From positions 1-37,346 of the forward strand of contig CALWTV010000026.1 in NCBI GenBank assembly GCA_944384555.1: a DNA stretch of 37,346 nt. The letters are read 5' to 3'. Of this stretch, positions 25,938 through 35,358 are shown piece after piece (position 1 is the stretch's first letter; the number at the start of each line of letters is the position of its first letter). Under the pieces are notes generated by a model, which was given only the letters and a program-made list of their open reading frames with translations, was not told the DNA's origin and searched no databases. The DNA comes from an uncultured Clostridia bacterium (GTDB lineage: Bacteria > Bacillota > Clostridia > Oscillospirales > CAG-272). The position numbers and the translations under genes are program-made.

Positions 25938-28900
25938 TTAGGGTTCATTTTGGCGGCGGCTCATTAAAGCGACTGCGATTACAGATATAATTACGGTAAG
26001 CGCAGCGATAAGCACGCCTTTTTTCATTGACTCATCTTCTTCATTCAGTATCTGCATACTCACATTAGGTACGATAAAATCACGCAGTTCTGCACTGCTT
26101 GCGCTTACGCTGAACGCTGTTATTTTTTCTATATCCATAATTGAAGATTCCTGCCCGATTATTCCAAGCGAAATATACTCAATGTTTGATATTCCCTCAA
26201 AATCGGTTAAGTCCGCCGTAATTTTAATTTGTTTGCCTGTTTCAACCGTTGTTTTGTATTCAGCACGGTTCATTCCGCTTCCGATAACCATCAACACATC
26301 AGCCGTTTCATTTTCGGAATATACCGTAATTGAAAATTCCAAAAAAGGAGAAAGTGATAAATCAACAGGTGACTCAAGAGCGCATATGGCATTTCCATAT
26401 GATTCCTTAAATCCTCCCGAAAAAGCTGCACGCAGAATTCGTGTTCTTGGCTGATTTTCTTTATTGAATTCTGAGGAGCGAGTTCCTACATATGAACAGC
26501 CCTCTCCTTCAAACCACCCCTGTGAATTGTATGAATTCGAGAAGTCCCAGAGAGAATATTTGCCGGTATACTGAAGATTTGTATCATCTTCAAGAAATAC
26601 AGATTCATATAAAGTACGCTCAGCGATTACGGAGGTATCTACCATACCTGCATCAACGTATTTAAGCATAGCGTATAACTGACTGTACGCAGTGAGCTGT
26701 GAGCTTTGGTGAGAGAGAGAAAGCATTACTGCGTCAACCGCGCTTTCTTTATTTAAATGACGTTCTACGGTTTCACGGTATACTTCCATAAAATCAGTTG
26801 CAAGTGTGTTTATATTACAGCCGTTTTCCGGTTCCCACATAAGATATATTGATTCCGGTGCAAAAGAATATAATTTATTAAATCTGTTTAAGGCACGGAG
26901 CATGGAATCAGTTTTTGATTTTACCTGCGGTGCGGAGGAATTTGACGGTTTAGGTGAATCAGCGATTGAGTATAATATTCTGAAATCGAACTCTCCTTCA
27001 AGCTTTATCTGAGCGGTAAGCAGTTCCGTAAACATAAGCGGTTCAAATGAATATTCAGACATTCCGGTAATATCGCTGAATGGATAGTCCTCGGCGGTAG
27101 TTACAAGTACATTGTCCTCATATCTTCGGCAATAATATGTGTCGGAGGAGTATATATATCCATCGGATATTGAAGCGTAAACGCTGATATTCGGAATATG
27201 ATCTGAAGATATGCGGTAAACAAGCCTTAGAGCGTCAGCATATGCACGTACATAAGCGTCAATTTCAGACATTGAATTTTCAATGCCGGTAGAGTTGTAA
27301 ATTTCACGGTTGTCAACGGCATAGCCTACCGCGAATCCGGAAATTTTACCAAATTCATCTCCGCTGTAACGTTCAGATAAAAAATCCGTTACGGCGCAAA
27401 GCTGATTTACACCCTCTTTAGTAGTGGTATTAAACGCATAGTAAGCCGCCTCATTTTCAGTATCAAATGTGAGTGCCTCCTCTACCATTCTGTCTGAGGC
27501 AAGCAAGCGCAGAATTACGTCTGAACCAGTGGCAGAATACCTCTTTATCTGTCGGTCAAGCTCTCTTGTATACTCAGTATCGAAATAATAATAATATCCA
27601 TCACGCAGATGAAGCTTGACAAGAGAATTTTTAGCGTCACTCTGTGAAACTATCAGCTTGTCGCAGTAAACATCTATTAATATTCGTGAGCTGCCTGTTT
27701 GGAAAATATTCACTTCACCATCGGCGTGCATTCCTTTTAAAGTGAGACTGTTTTCAGGATTTTCGGGATTTTCAGAAAAAATTTCAGATATATTAGGAGA
27801 AGAAAGGTCTGCGTAAACTGAATATCCGATTGGAACAAATGTCGAGCCGTCATTTGAAACAATTGCGGCGAAAAATTTATAAGTACGGTAGTCCACCGTG
27901 TCTGCTGGAATTTTAAATTCAAATCTAGTTGATATTTCATTTACCGCAACAGGAAGCAAGTCCGTAACTCCTCCGCTATACCATGACGGCACGCAGAAAA
28001 GAGCGATTTTATATCCGCGGTATTCTACTGCTGCTGATGATGAAAGAGTCCCTTTGAATATTATAGTATTTCCTTCAAGACTGCATTTAGTAACCGAGCC
28101 GATATTATTTTTTTTATGCTGTGTATCAATTGAGGTTTTAAGTTCCCCTATATTTATAAAAGATACAGCATTTATTATGATTTTTCCGCTTTTTGCTCCA
28201 ACGAATTCGATTTTTATTCGTTCAGTTTCATTACCCATACTTTGCATTATCGAGTCTGGAAGCGGCATAATATATGAAGTTTCGGGAGATTTAGCATCAA
28301 CAGAGAAAGATACAGTTTTATCCTCTGGATAAACATAATCATCACTACCGGCAAAACTTACTTTTATTTGAGAACATTCGCTTGCATTTACAATCACAAG
28401 ACGCAGTGCGTTATTTTTCACAGCGTAATCAGGCGCTGGAAAAGAAACGGTTCCCTCAATATATGGGTCATTTGAACCGTCAGGGTAGAAAGATGCGAAA
28501 GTGCCGTTATCTGCATATTCAAAATTACCGCCGATACCTGTATAATCCGCAGACATAAATCTGTCATTTAACGAATTATCAGCTTGTCCTTCTGCCTGTA
28601 CGTCATCTATTTTGAAACCGCCTGAAAATGTAATGTTATCTTTGTCTATATCAATGCTGGTTTCCGTATCTGCAACGTTATTCCCGTCTGTGTCTGAGCT
28701 TGTCTGAATTGATATGTCAGTATAAGTTATTGAAATTTCGACAGCGGAAAGACAATTTCGATGAACCCATTCCGAGATATCAAATGATATATTATTCCAT
28801 TTTCTGGTATCTACTTTTGCATAGCTTCCAAATGAGCTTTCTCCAGAAAATAAAGTCACATATACAATCGCATCTGAGAGATAATTATCAGGGAGCGGGT

Positions 28901-29243
28901 TTACATAAATATCAAATGAAAATTCAGTATAATCATATAAATTAGGTTCGTATCCTTGATTAAAATATCTTACAACAGAGCGTCCGGTATCAGGCGAGGC
29001 ATTCCTGCAAACTACATCTAAAAAGTAATCTCCGGATTTTGACTCTGATATTGAGATAGAATCTATACCCTCATATTTATCCCATGCCTGAATATTACTG
29101 GAGAAATTATCGATAACGAGCGGTTCATTTTCATCGGCTGCTGAACAGAATACCGCTAAGACGCAGGCAAAAAACAGCGCTGAAATCAGTACCCGAATTC
29201 GGTATTTAGAAATACGATTAAATTTAAGCAAGCTGAATTTCAC
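25938..29243 (-). CDS. Large (1101 aa) cell-surface protein of unknown function, with an N-terminal signal/anchor and a C-terminal TM anchor
   Basis: A strong SD AGGAGGTG lies upstream. The N-terminal hydrophobic segment is VLISALFFACVLAVFCSAA and the C-terminal helix VLIAALTVIISVIAVALM is followed by SRRQNEP. Several beta-sandwich-like modules flank a central ~350-aa region. I could not recognise a catalytic motif with confidence. Confidence 0.8.
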   Translation of the reverse strand: MKFSLLKFNRISKYRIRVLISALFFACVLAVFCSAADENEPLVIDNFSSNIQAWDKYEGIDSISISESKSGDYFLDVVCRNASPDTGRSVVRYFNQGYEPNLYDYTEFSFDIYVNPLPDNYLSDAIVYVTLFSGESSFGSYAKVDTRKWNNISFDISEWVHRNCLSAVEISITYTDISIQTSSDTDGNNVADTETSIDIDKDNITFSGGFKIDDVQAEGQADNSLNDRFMSADYTGIGGNFEYADNGTFASFYPDGSNDPYIEGTVSFPAPDYAVKNNALRLVIVNASECSQIKVSFAGSDDYVYPEDKTVSFSVDAKSPETSYIMPLPDSIMQSMGNETERIKIEFVGAKSGKIIINAVSFINIGELKTSIDTQHKKNNIGSVTKCSLEGNTIIFKGTLSSSAAVEYRGYKIALFCVPSWYSGGVTDLLPVAVNEISTRFEFKIPADTVDYRTYKFFAAIVSNDGSTFVPIGYSVYADLSSPNISEIFSENPENPENSLTLKGMHADGEVNIFQTGSSRILIDVYCDKLIVSQSDAKNSLVKLHLRDGYYYYFDTEYTRELDRQIKRYSATGSDVILRLLASDRMVEEALTFDTENEAAYYAFNTTTKEGVNQLCAVTDFLSERYSGDEFGKISGFAVGYAVDNREIYNSTGIENSMSEIDAYVRAYADALRLVYRISSDHIPNISVYASISDGYIYSSDTYYCRRYEDNVLVTTAEDYPFSDITGMSEYSFEPLMFTELLTAQIKLEGEFDFRILYSIADSPKPSNSSAPQVKSKTDSMLRALNRFNKLYSFAPESIYLMWEPENGCNINTLATDFMEVYRETVERHLNKESAVDAVMLSLSHQSSQLTAYSQLYAMLKYVDAGMVDTSVIAERTLYESVFLEDDTNLQYTGKYSLWDFSNSYNSQGWFEGEGCSYVGTRSSEFNKENQPRTRILRAAFSGGFKESYGNAICALESPVDLSLSPFLEFSITVYSENETADVLMVIGSGMNRAEYKTTVETGKQIKITADLTDFEGISNIEYISLGIIGQESSIMDIEKITAFSVSASSAELRDFIVPNVSMQILNEEDESMKKGVLIAALTVIISVIAVALMSRRQNEP

Positions 29244-29314
29244 CTCCTAAGAAATTTATTTTTCAGCAGTTACAAAAAATTTATAAATGTAATAGATTTG
29301 ATGATTTTAAAGAA

Positions 29315-30850
29315 TTATTTTTTGAAAATTTTCATTTCAAACCAAAAAGTGCTTCCGTGACCGATTTCGGACGAAACTCCAAAAAGTGCATTATGAGCCG
29401 TAAGTACATTTTTTACGATAGATAATCCTAATCCACTTCCGACAGCACCTCTCTTGTGAATTTTATCCACTTTATAATAACGTTCCCAAATATAAGGAAG
29501 CTTATCCTCTTCAATACCTTCGCCAGTATCAATAATTTCGATTCTGACAATACCGTCATTTTCGCGGCAAATCTGACGGATAGTTACGGTTTTGTCTTCT
29601 CCCGTATAGTTGACCGCGTTGTTTATCAAATTATAGAGCACTTGAAGTATACGGGTTTTGTCGGCATTTACATAAACATCGCTTTCAGAATCGGGTTCAA
29701 ATTTAATTGTGTATCCGTCGCGTTCAGTTAATTTTGAGTAACGTAAAAGAGACTGCCGTATTGTTTCGGTTAAATTGAACGGCTCGCATTTCATCTCACA
29801 AACTCCGCTTTGCAGTCTTGATACATCAAGAATATCATTGACAAGTGAAGAAAGACGCGCGGTTTCATCGATTATAACCTGAATATTTTCCGGAGTCATT
29901 TCACCGGGAATATCGCGCATTACCTCACTGTATCCGCCTATCATGGTAAGAGGGGTGCGTAAATCGTGGCTTATATTAGCGATAAGTTCTTTTTGGGTTC
30001 GGTCAACCTTTGAAAGTTCTGACGCAGCGTAATTTAAAGTTTCACTAAGCTCAGTAATTTCACGGAAACTGCCGCCTTTAAATTCCACATCATAATTTCC
30101 TGAGGCTAAAGTTTTCGCGGCTTTGTTCATATCCGCAATCGGAGCGGTAAAAATTTTGCTTATAACAGCGGCAAGCAGCATCGCACCGAACAGCAATATT
30201 CCCGATATCCAAAGCAGTTGAAGACGCAGTGTGCTTACTGTGGAATCTACTGGGGAAATAGAGGTATTAAGCATAATCAGAACATCGGCGTCACTGCTTT
30301 TTAATTTTACCACTCTTGAATAAATTATACTTTCAGGCATACCACTATCATCTGACGGTACGCTTCCTAAATAATCTCCCTCAGTATAGAATAAGTTTCT
30401 GAACGCGTCAAGTGAAATACGTTCGATATGCGTACCGTTATTTTTCTTCGCTTCCGAATACATGCGATTATAATTTTCACTTGAAAGACGGTGGAGCAGA
30501 CAGTCCGGTCGCACATGAGAATAAGCTATGGATACTCCTGTCATATTATTAATTTTATATATTGAAATACATACAGATTTATCCTGCGCGATACGGTCGG
30601 AGAGAGTTTGAATATTTTCATTTTCGGCATTTATTGCGAGAAGTTCCGCACTTTTTTCGAGTTCACTGAGTTTTATTGCCTGATATATATCATCAAGCCA
30701 CACAACTTGAAAAAGCCACAGTACCGCAAGTACAAAAACAATGAAAAGTGCAAGCCAGCCGAATAATTTTATACGCATTCCAAGCGGCTTTTTTGAGATT
30801 TTTTCAGCTTTATCCTGAATGCGGAATTTGAATTTATTTTTCACAGTCAA
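29315..30850 (-). CDS. Sensor histidine kinase (two TM segments, extracytoplasmic sensor, HAMP, HisKA, HATPase_c)
   Basis: 511 aa with H-box ISHDLRTPL, N-box LYNLINNAVNYT, G1 IDTGEGI and G2 GSGLGLSIV. It overlaps the regulator gene by 17 nt. Confidence 0.9.
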   Translation of the reverse strand: MTVKNKFKFRIQDKAEKISKKPLGMRIKLFGWLALFIVFVLAVLWLFQVVWLDDIYQAIKLSELEKSAELLAINAENENIQTLSDRIAQDKSVCISIYKINNMTGVSIAYSHVRPDCLLHRLSSENYNRMYSEAKKNNGTHIERISLDAFRNLFYTEGDYLGSVPSDDSGMPESIIYSRVVKLKSSDADVLIMLNTSISPVDSTVSTLRLQLLWISGILLFGAMLLAAVISKIFTAPIADMNKAAKTLASGNYDVEFKGGSFREITELSETLNYAASELSKVDRTQKELIANISHDLRTPLTMIGGYSEVMRDIPGEMTPENIQVIIDETARLSSLVNDILDVSRLQSGVCEMKCEPFNLTETIRQSLLRYSKLTERDGYTIKFEPDSESDVYVNADKTRILQVLYNLINNAVNYTGEDKTVTIRQICRENDGIVRIEIIDTGEGIEEDKLPYIWERYYKVDKIHKRGAVGSGLGLSIVKNVLTAHNALFGVSSEIGHGSTFWFEMKIFKK

Positions 30851-31526
30851 AGCGGTATCCGACTCCTCTCAGTGTTACAATCATCTTAGCGTATTTGCCA
30901 AGACTCTTTCTGAGTAATTTTATATGAGTATCAAGTGTTCGGTCATCTCCGTAAAAATCGTATCCCCAAACCTCTGTTATCAGTTTTTCACGGGACAGCG
31001 CAATATTGCGGTTTTTGAGCAGATAGAAAAACAAATCATATTCTTTGGGTGACATATCAACTCTTTTTCCATCTATATATACTATTCTTGCGGTAATATC
31101 GGCTTTTAAACCTTCAAATTCAAATACTTCATTGGGTTTGGGCTGCTGCGATATTCCAGAATTGCCTCTTGCACGCTTTAAAACGGCGTCTATTCTGAGC
31201 ATAAGCTCTTTAGGTGAGAACGGCTTTACCACATAGTCGTCAATCCCAAGTTCAAAGCCGTTGATTTTGTCATATTCTTCACCTCTTGCGCTCAGCATAA
31301 TTATCGGTACATCGGAAATTTTGCGGATTTCGCGGCATGCGGAGAAGCCGTCAAGCTCCGGCATCATTATATCCATTATCACAATATCGAAATTATTTGA
31401 GCGGCAGAGCATAACTGCTTCCATGCCGTTTGAGGCTTCCGTGACTTTATGTCCTTCAAATTCAGCGTATTTTATTATTAAACGGCGAATCATTTCTTCA
31501 TCATCAGTAACGAGAATATTATACAT
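30834..31526 (-). CDS. OmpR-family response regulator
   Basis: The receiver domain has MYNILVTDDEE, the phospho-acceptor context IVIMDIMMPELDG and VVKPF. The C-terminal winged helix has LTPKEYDLF-like SPKEYDLFFYL and VTLRGVGYRF. I placed the start at the internal ATG (ORF-track residue 31). The upstream 30 codons (Tyr/Lys/Asn/Ile/Leu-rich) start at GTG and look non-coding. Confidence 0.9.
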   Translation of the reverse strand: MYNILVTDDEEMIRRLIIKYAEFEGHKVTEASNGMEAVMLCRSNNFDIVIMDIMMPELDGFSACREIRKISDVPIIMLSARGEEYDKINGFELGIDDYVVKPFSPKELMLRIDAVLKRARGNSGISQQPKPNEVFEFEGLKADITARIVYIDGKRVDMSPKEYDLFFYLLKNRNIALSREKLITEVWGYDFYGDDRTLDTHIKLLRKSLGKYAKMIVTLRGVGYRFDCEK

Positions 31527-31857
31527 ATTAAATTTGCACCGTCCTTTCAAATATTTGTATAATTTTATTTTTATATTATACCACAAATTTAAATATCTGC
31601 AATAAATAAAATTCACTGTTTACAATAACTTTTCCGTAAATAAAAAAATACACTGATATTATAGATAGGTTAGCTTTATAAATTATTTTAAAATAAACAT
31701 CACAGCGATAAAATTATGAAGATAAACGATATCGGACTACAATATAATTAAAACAGACATTTTATTAAAAAAAAACAAAAATCTATTGTAATTTTCAGAA
31801 AAATATGATATATTCATCATAGTATAATTTTAAAATTATCCGGAGGTATATTATATA

Positions 31858-33627
31858 ATGAATAAACCGAAAATTGGTATCAGACCTATTATCGACGGAC
31901 GCCGCCGTGGTATCCGTGAAAGCCTTGAGGAACAAACCCGCAATATGGCGCTTGCCGCTAAGGCTTTGATTGAAGCAAACGTATTTTATCAGGACGGAAC
32001 ACCCGTTGAATGTGTTATTGCAAATCAGGCAATCGGCGGAGGTGCGGAAGCTTATGCCTGCACTCAGCAGTTCTCAACTGAAAACGTGTGCGCTACTCTG
32101 TCTGTAACTCCCTGCTGGTGCTATGGTTCCGAAACTATGGACCTTGACCCTCTCACAGTAAAGGCGGTATGGGGATTTAACGGAACAGAGCGTCCCGGTG
32201 CGGTTTATCTTGCGGCAGTTATGGCGGCTCATGCTCAGAGAGGACTTCCCGCATTTGCGATTTACGGTCATGATGTTCAGGATGCCACAGACACAACTAT
32301 TCCTTGTGACGTTGCCGAAAAGATTCTCCGTTTCGCACGTTGCGCAGTTGCAGTAGGTGAAATGCGCAATAAGGCATACTGCGGTTTAGGTGCGGTAGCT
32401 ATGGGTATTGCCGGCTCATTCGCAGATCCTGACTTCATGCAGAAGTATCTCGGTATACGTACAGAATGGGTTGATATGGTTGAAATTCTCCGCAGAATTG
32501 ACCTCGAAATATACGATAAGGACGAATATGAAAAAGAACTCGCTTGGATAAAGGCAAACTGCAAAAAGGGTCTTGAAGTAAATCCGCCCGAATGGCAGAA
32601 TAACGCTGAACAAGACGAGAAAGAATGGGAATTCATTGCAAAAATGACTCTCATTATTCGTGACATAATGCTCGGAAATCCGAAACTTGCCGAAATGGGA
32701 TACATAGAGGAATCGAACGGCAGAAACGCTATATTCGGCGGTTTCCAGGGGCAGCGTCAGTGGACCGATTACAAGCCGAACGCAGACTTTACAGAGGCTA
32801 TTTTAAATACCACATTTGACTGGAACGGCAAACGTGCGCCTATTATCTTAGCTACCGAAAATGATAACTTAAACGGTCTCGCTATGCTTCTGCTTCACCT
32901 CGTATCAAATCAGGCGGCAGTATTTTCCGATGTTCGTACATACTGGAGCCCTGACGCTGTTGAGCGTGTAACCGGATATAAGCCCACAGGCAGCGGCGCA
33001 AACGGATTTATGCACCTCATTAATTCCGGAGCCTCCGCACTTGACGGAAACGGCGGCGCACGTGATGAAGACGGCAACATGGTTATGAAACCGTGGTGGA
33101 AGATGACAGATGAAGATGTTAAAAATTGCCTTGAAAAGACAAAATGGGCTCCCGCAAACAAGGGATATTTCAGAGGCGGCGGTTTCTCCTCACAGTTTTC
33201 CACCGATAACGGTGAAATGCCTGTTACTATGGTCAGAGTAAACCTCGTTGACGGTCTCGGTCCGGTAATTCAGATAGCTGAAGGCACAACCGTAGACCTT
33301 CCTAAAGATGTTGACGAAACACTTCTCAAGCGCACAGACCCGACATGGCCTTCCACATGGTTTGCTCCCAGACTTACCGGAAAAGGCGCGTTTACTGATG
33401 TATACAGTGTAATGGCAAACTGGGGCGCAAATCACGGCGCATGGACATATGGTCATATCGGCGCGGATATTATCACTCTTGCGTCAATGCTTCGCATACC
33501 CGTATCAATGCACAATGTATGCTCATGCAAGATTTTCCGCCCGCATTCATGGAGCGCGTTCGGAACAAACGACCCCGAATCGGCAGATTATCGTGCTTGT
33601 GCCGCATACGGTCCGCTTTATAAATAA
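31858..33627 (+). CDS. fucI: L-fucose isomerase
   Basis: 589 aa. The N-terminus [23 protein letters not shown] and the overall length match FucI. The SD GGAGG lies upstream. Confidence 0.9.
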   Translation: MNKPKIGIRPIIDGRRRGIRESLEEQTRNMALAAKALIEANVFYQDGTPVECVIANQAIGGGAEAYACTQQFSTENVCATLSVTPCWCYGSETMDLDPLTVKAVWGFNGTERPGAVYLAAVMAAHAQRGLPAFAIYGHDVQDATDTTIPCDVAEKILRFARCAVAVGEMRNKAYCGLGAVAMGIAGSFADPDFMQKYLGIRTEWVDMVEILRRIDLEIYDKDEYEKELAWIKANCKKGLEVNPPEWQNNAEQDEKEWEFIAKMTLIIRDIMLGNPKLAEMGYIEESNGRNAIFGGFQGQRQWTDYKPNADFTEAILNTTFDWNGKRAPIILATENDNLNGLAMLLLHLVSNQAAVFSDVRTYWSPDAVERVTGYKPTGSGANGFMHLINSGASALDGNGGARDEDGNMVMKPWWKMTDEDVKNCLEKTKWAPANKGYFRGGGFSSQFSTDNGEMPVTMVRVNLVDGLGPVIQIAEGTTVDLPKDVDETLLKRTDPTWPSTWFAPRLTGKGAFTDVYSVMANWGANHGAWTYGHIGADIITLASMLRIPVSMHNVCSCKIFRPHSWSAFGTNDPESADYRACAAYGPLYK

Positions 33628-33649
33628 TGTTATCATATAGGAAAATATT

Positions 33650-34168
33650 ATGGAAATTATACGAACATACAGTCAGGCAATTCCGTCAGTAAGATTTATC
33701 GGAAAGAAATATGGTGATAGCGACCGTGTAAACGGAGGCTTCGGTGCAAAATGGGGAGAAGCTTTTGGAAGCGGACTCTTTGATAAAATCGAAGCAGCAG
33801 CTAAGGAGCATGATATTTTCGAGGACAGCGGCGCATATATTGGATTGATGCGCTGTAAAGAGGGCGAACCGTTTGAATACTGGATAGGAGAATTTACCAG
33901 TGCCGATACAGAAGTTCCGCCGGAAATGGAGTATGTGGATTTTCCGGCATCAAACTGGGGTATCGGTTGGGTATACGGCAATGACGCAAGCGGTGAAATA
34001 TATGGTCATGAGCCGGAAGTTGCTCAAAAGCTCGGTGAAGCCGGATATCGTATAAAAAATGATGAATTCGGTGCGTGCTGGTCTTTTGAGAGATATCAGT
34101 GTCCGAGATACACGTCTCCTGATGAAAAGGGAAATGTAATACTTGATATTGGATTTTTGATAGAATAA
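33650..34168 (+). CDS. GyrI-like / AraC-effector-binding-domain-like small protein
   Basis: 172 aa. The size, the pattern RFIGKKY...WGEAF...YIGLM...EYWIGEF and the position 22 nt after fucI suggest a GyrI-like ligand-binding fold. The assignment is by eye only. Confidence 0.5.
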   Translation: MEIIRTYSQAIPSVRFIGKKYGDSDRVNGGFGAKWGEAFGSGLFDKIEAAAKEHDIFEDSGAYIGLMRCKEGEPFEYWIGEFTSADTEVPPEMEYVDFPASNWGIGWVYGNDASGEIYGHEPEVAQKLGEAGYRIKNDEFGACWSFERYQCPRYTSPDEKGNVILDIGFLIE

Positions 34169-34234
34169 GACGGTAATTTTTCTCCCTCATGTTTATTGAA
34201 ATAATAAATTTTTCCTAAAATAATATAGTTAATA

Positions 34235-34272
34235 AAAATCCTATGCTGATTTATATTTTGGCATAGGATTTT
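34235..34272. terminator. Bidirectional intrinsic terminator
   Basis: AAAATCCTATGC pairs with GCATAGGATTTT (12-bp stem, 14-nt loop). The A/T runs are part of the arms. It lies between convergent genes. Confidence 0.65.
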
Positions 34273-34286
34273 CGTTTATGTATTTT

Positions 34287-35150
34287 TTAATTAAGATTTT
34301 CCTTGCGGCTAACGTTGTATCTTTCATAATAGAATAAGAACTGTTGAGCAATTCCCGCATTATCGCCTAAAGCCGCTATATCTATTCCGTTAGGGAAATA
34401 TTTTTCAAGCACGCGCTTTATCCATACGTCAATTGGAAATGCGCCGGTTTTGTTAAATCCGAACAGGAGAGAGCAAGACGCAACTTTCGGACCTATACCC
34501 TTGATTGAGGTGAGCCGGCTCATTCCGTAATCGAAATCACCGTTTAAAATTTCATCAGCGGTAATCTCACCGGAAGAGAATCTTTTTGCGGCATCATCAA
34601 TATATTTTGCGCGGAATCCGACTTTTAAACCGAGCAATTCCGCTTCGCCGACTTGAGAGAGTATTTGAGCTGACGGAAATGAATAAGCGTTTTCGCAGTA
34701 CGGAGAATCAATTTTTTCACCCCAGCGTTCGCAGACTGCCGATACCAGTTTTTTAATGCGGGGGATATTGTTGTTTTGCGATATTATAAAAGAACAAACT
34801 GTTTCCCAAGGTTCCTGACGCAGAATTCTTATACCTCGCCCAACCTCACAAGCCTCAGCCATTTCAGCGGAATCCGGCAGAGCCTTTTTTATATTGTCAA
34901 TAATTTCGGTGTAATCGGTATCGAGGGCGAGATAATGACGCCATATGTGTTCAAAATCTTCATCGGTAGCGCCGTAAATGTATAATTCATCAGGAGAGTC
35001 CTGAGCGAAAATCACATATTTTCCGAAAGCGACACCGCCGACAGCGGTTTTATGATTTACGACATTAACCGGGTCAAATCGAAAGCACTGACCACAATCG
35101 AAAGTCTTTTCGACCGAAAAATCAGTTACGGGAATCTTTATATATTCCAT
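34287..35150 (-). CDS. ogg: HhH-GPD DNA glycosylase, 8-oxoguanine glycosylase/lyase (Ogg) type
   Basis: 287 aa with the helix-hairpin-helix LTSIKGIGPKVASCSLLFG, which carries the catalytic Lys, and the downstream Asp in FPIDVWIKR. ISQNNNIPRIKKL is also typical of Ogg. Confidence 0.75.
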   Translation of the reverse strand: MEYIKIPVTDFSVEKTFDCGQCFRFDPVNVVNHKTAVGGVAFGKYVIFAQDSPDELYIYGATDEDFEHIWRHYLALDTDYTEIIDNIKKALPDSAEMAEACEVGRGIRILRQEPWETVCSFIISQNNNIPRIKKLVSAVCERWGEKIDSPYCENAYSFPSAQILSQVGEAELLGLKVGFRAKYIDDAAKRFSSGEITADEILNGDFDYGMSRLTSIKGIGPKVASCSLLFGFNKTGAFPIDVWIKRVLEKYFPNGIDIAALGDNAGIAQQFLFYYERYNVSRKENLN

Positions 35151-35358
35151 TTAAAAAAATCCTCCTTGAAAAAACAGATAAGATTAAAAATTTCTTCTTA
35201 AAATTGCTTAATTTTTCAAAAAAATATAAATTCACACTTGTTATATTTAAATTATACAGATATAATATTAATATATAAACATAAATCGAGTAAAAAATAT
35301 GAATTATATGAATGAATTCGAAAAATAAAGATGGAAAAAGGAGAAATATTCTGAATTT

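Noticed and set aside
27898-28332. 144-aa plus-strand ORF inside the 1101-aa gene
   Set aside because: It is antisense to the long uninterrupted minus-strand frame and has no SD. The same reasoning applies to the other short antisense ORFs at 26182..26454, 26806..27012 and 28700..28945.
31527-31616. 30-codon GTG-initiated extension of the response regulator ORF
   Set aside because: The residues (NFIYCRYLNLWYNIKIKLYKYLKG) look like translated promoter DNA. Receiver domains start at MYNILVTDDEE.
31617-31857. 11-codon ORF (MKINDIGLQYN) and possible regulatory RNA in the divergent spacer between the response regulator and fucI
   Set aside because: There is no SD, no conserved riboswitch-like sequence that I can recognise and no stable hairpin. 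I treated it as ordinary AT-rich divergent promoter DNA.
32277-33456. Several minus-strand ORFs of 88-142 aa inside fucI
   Set aside because: They are antisense to a full-length, well-conserved L-fucose isomerase frame. They have no start signals and their composition is Ser/Arg/Cys-biased, typical of shadow frames.
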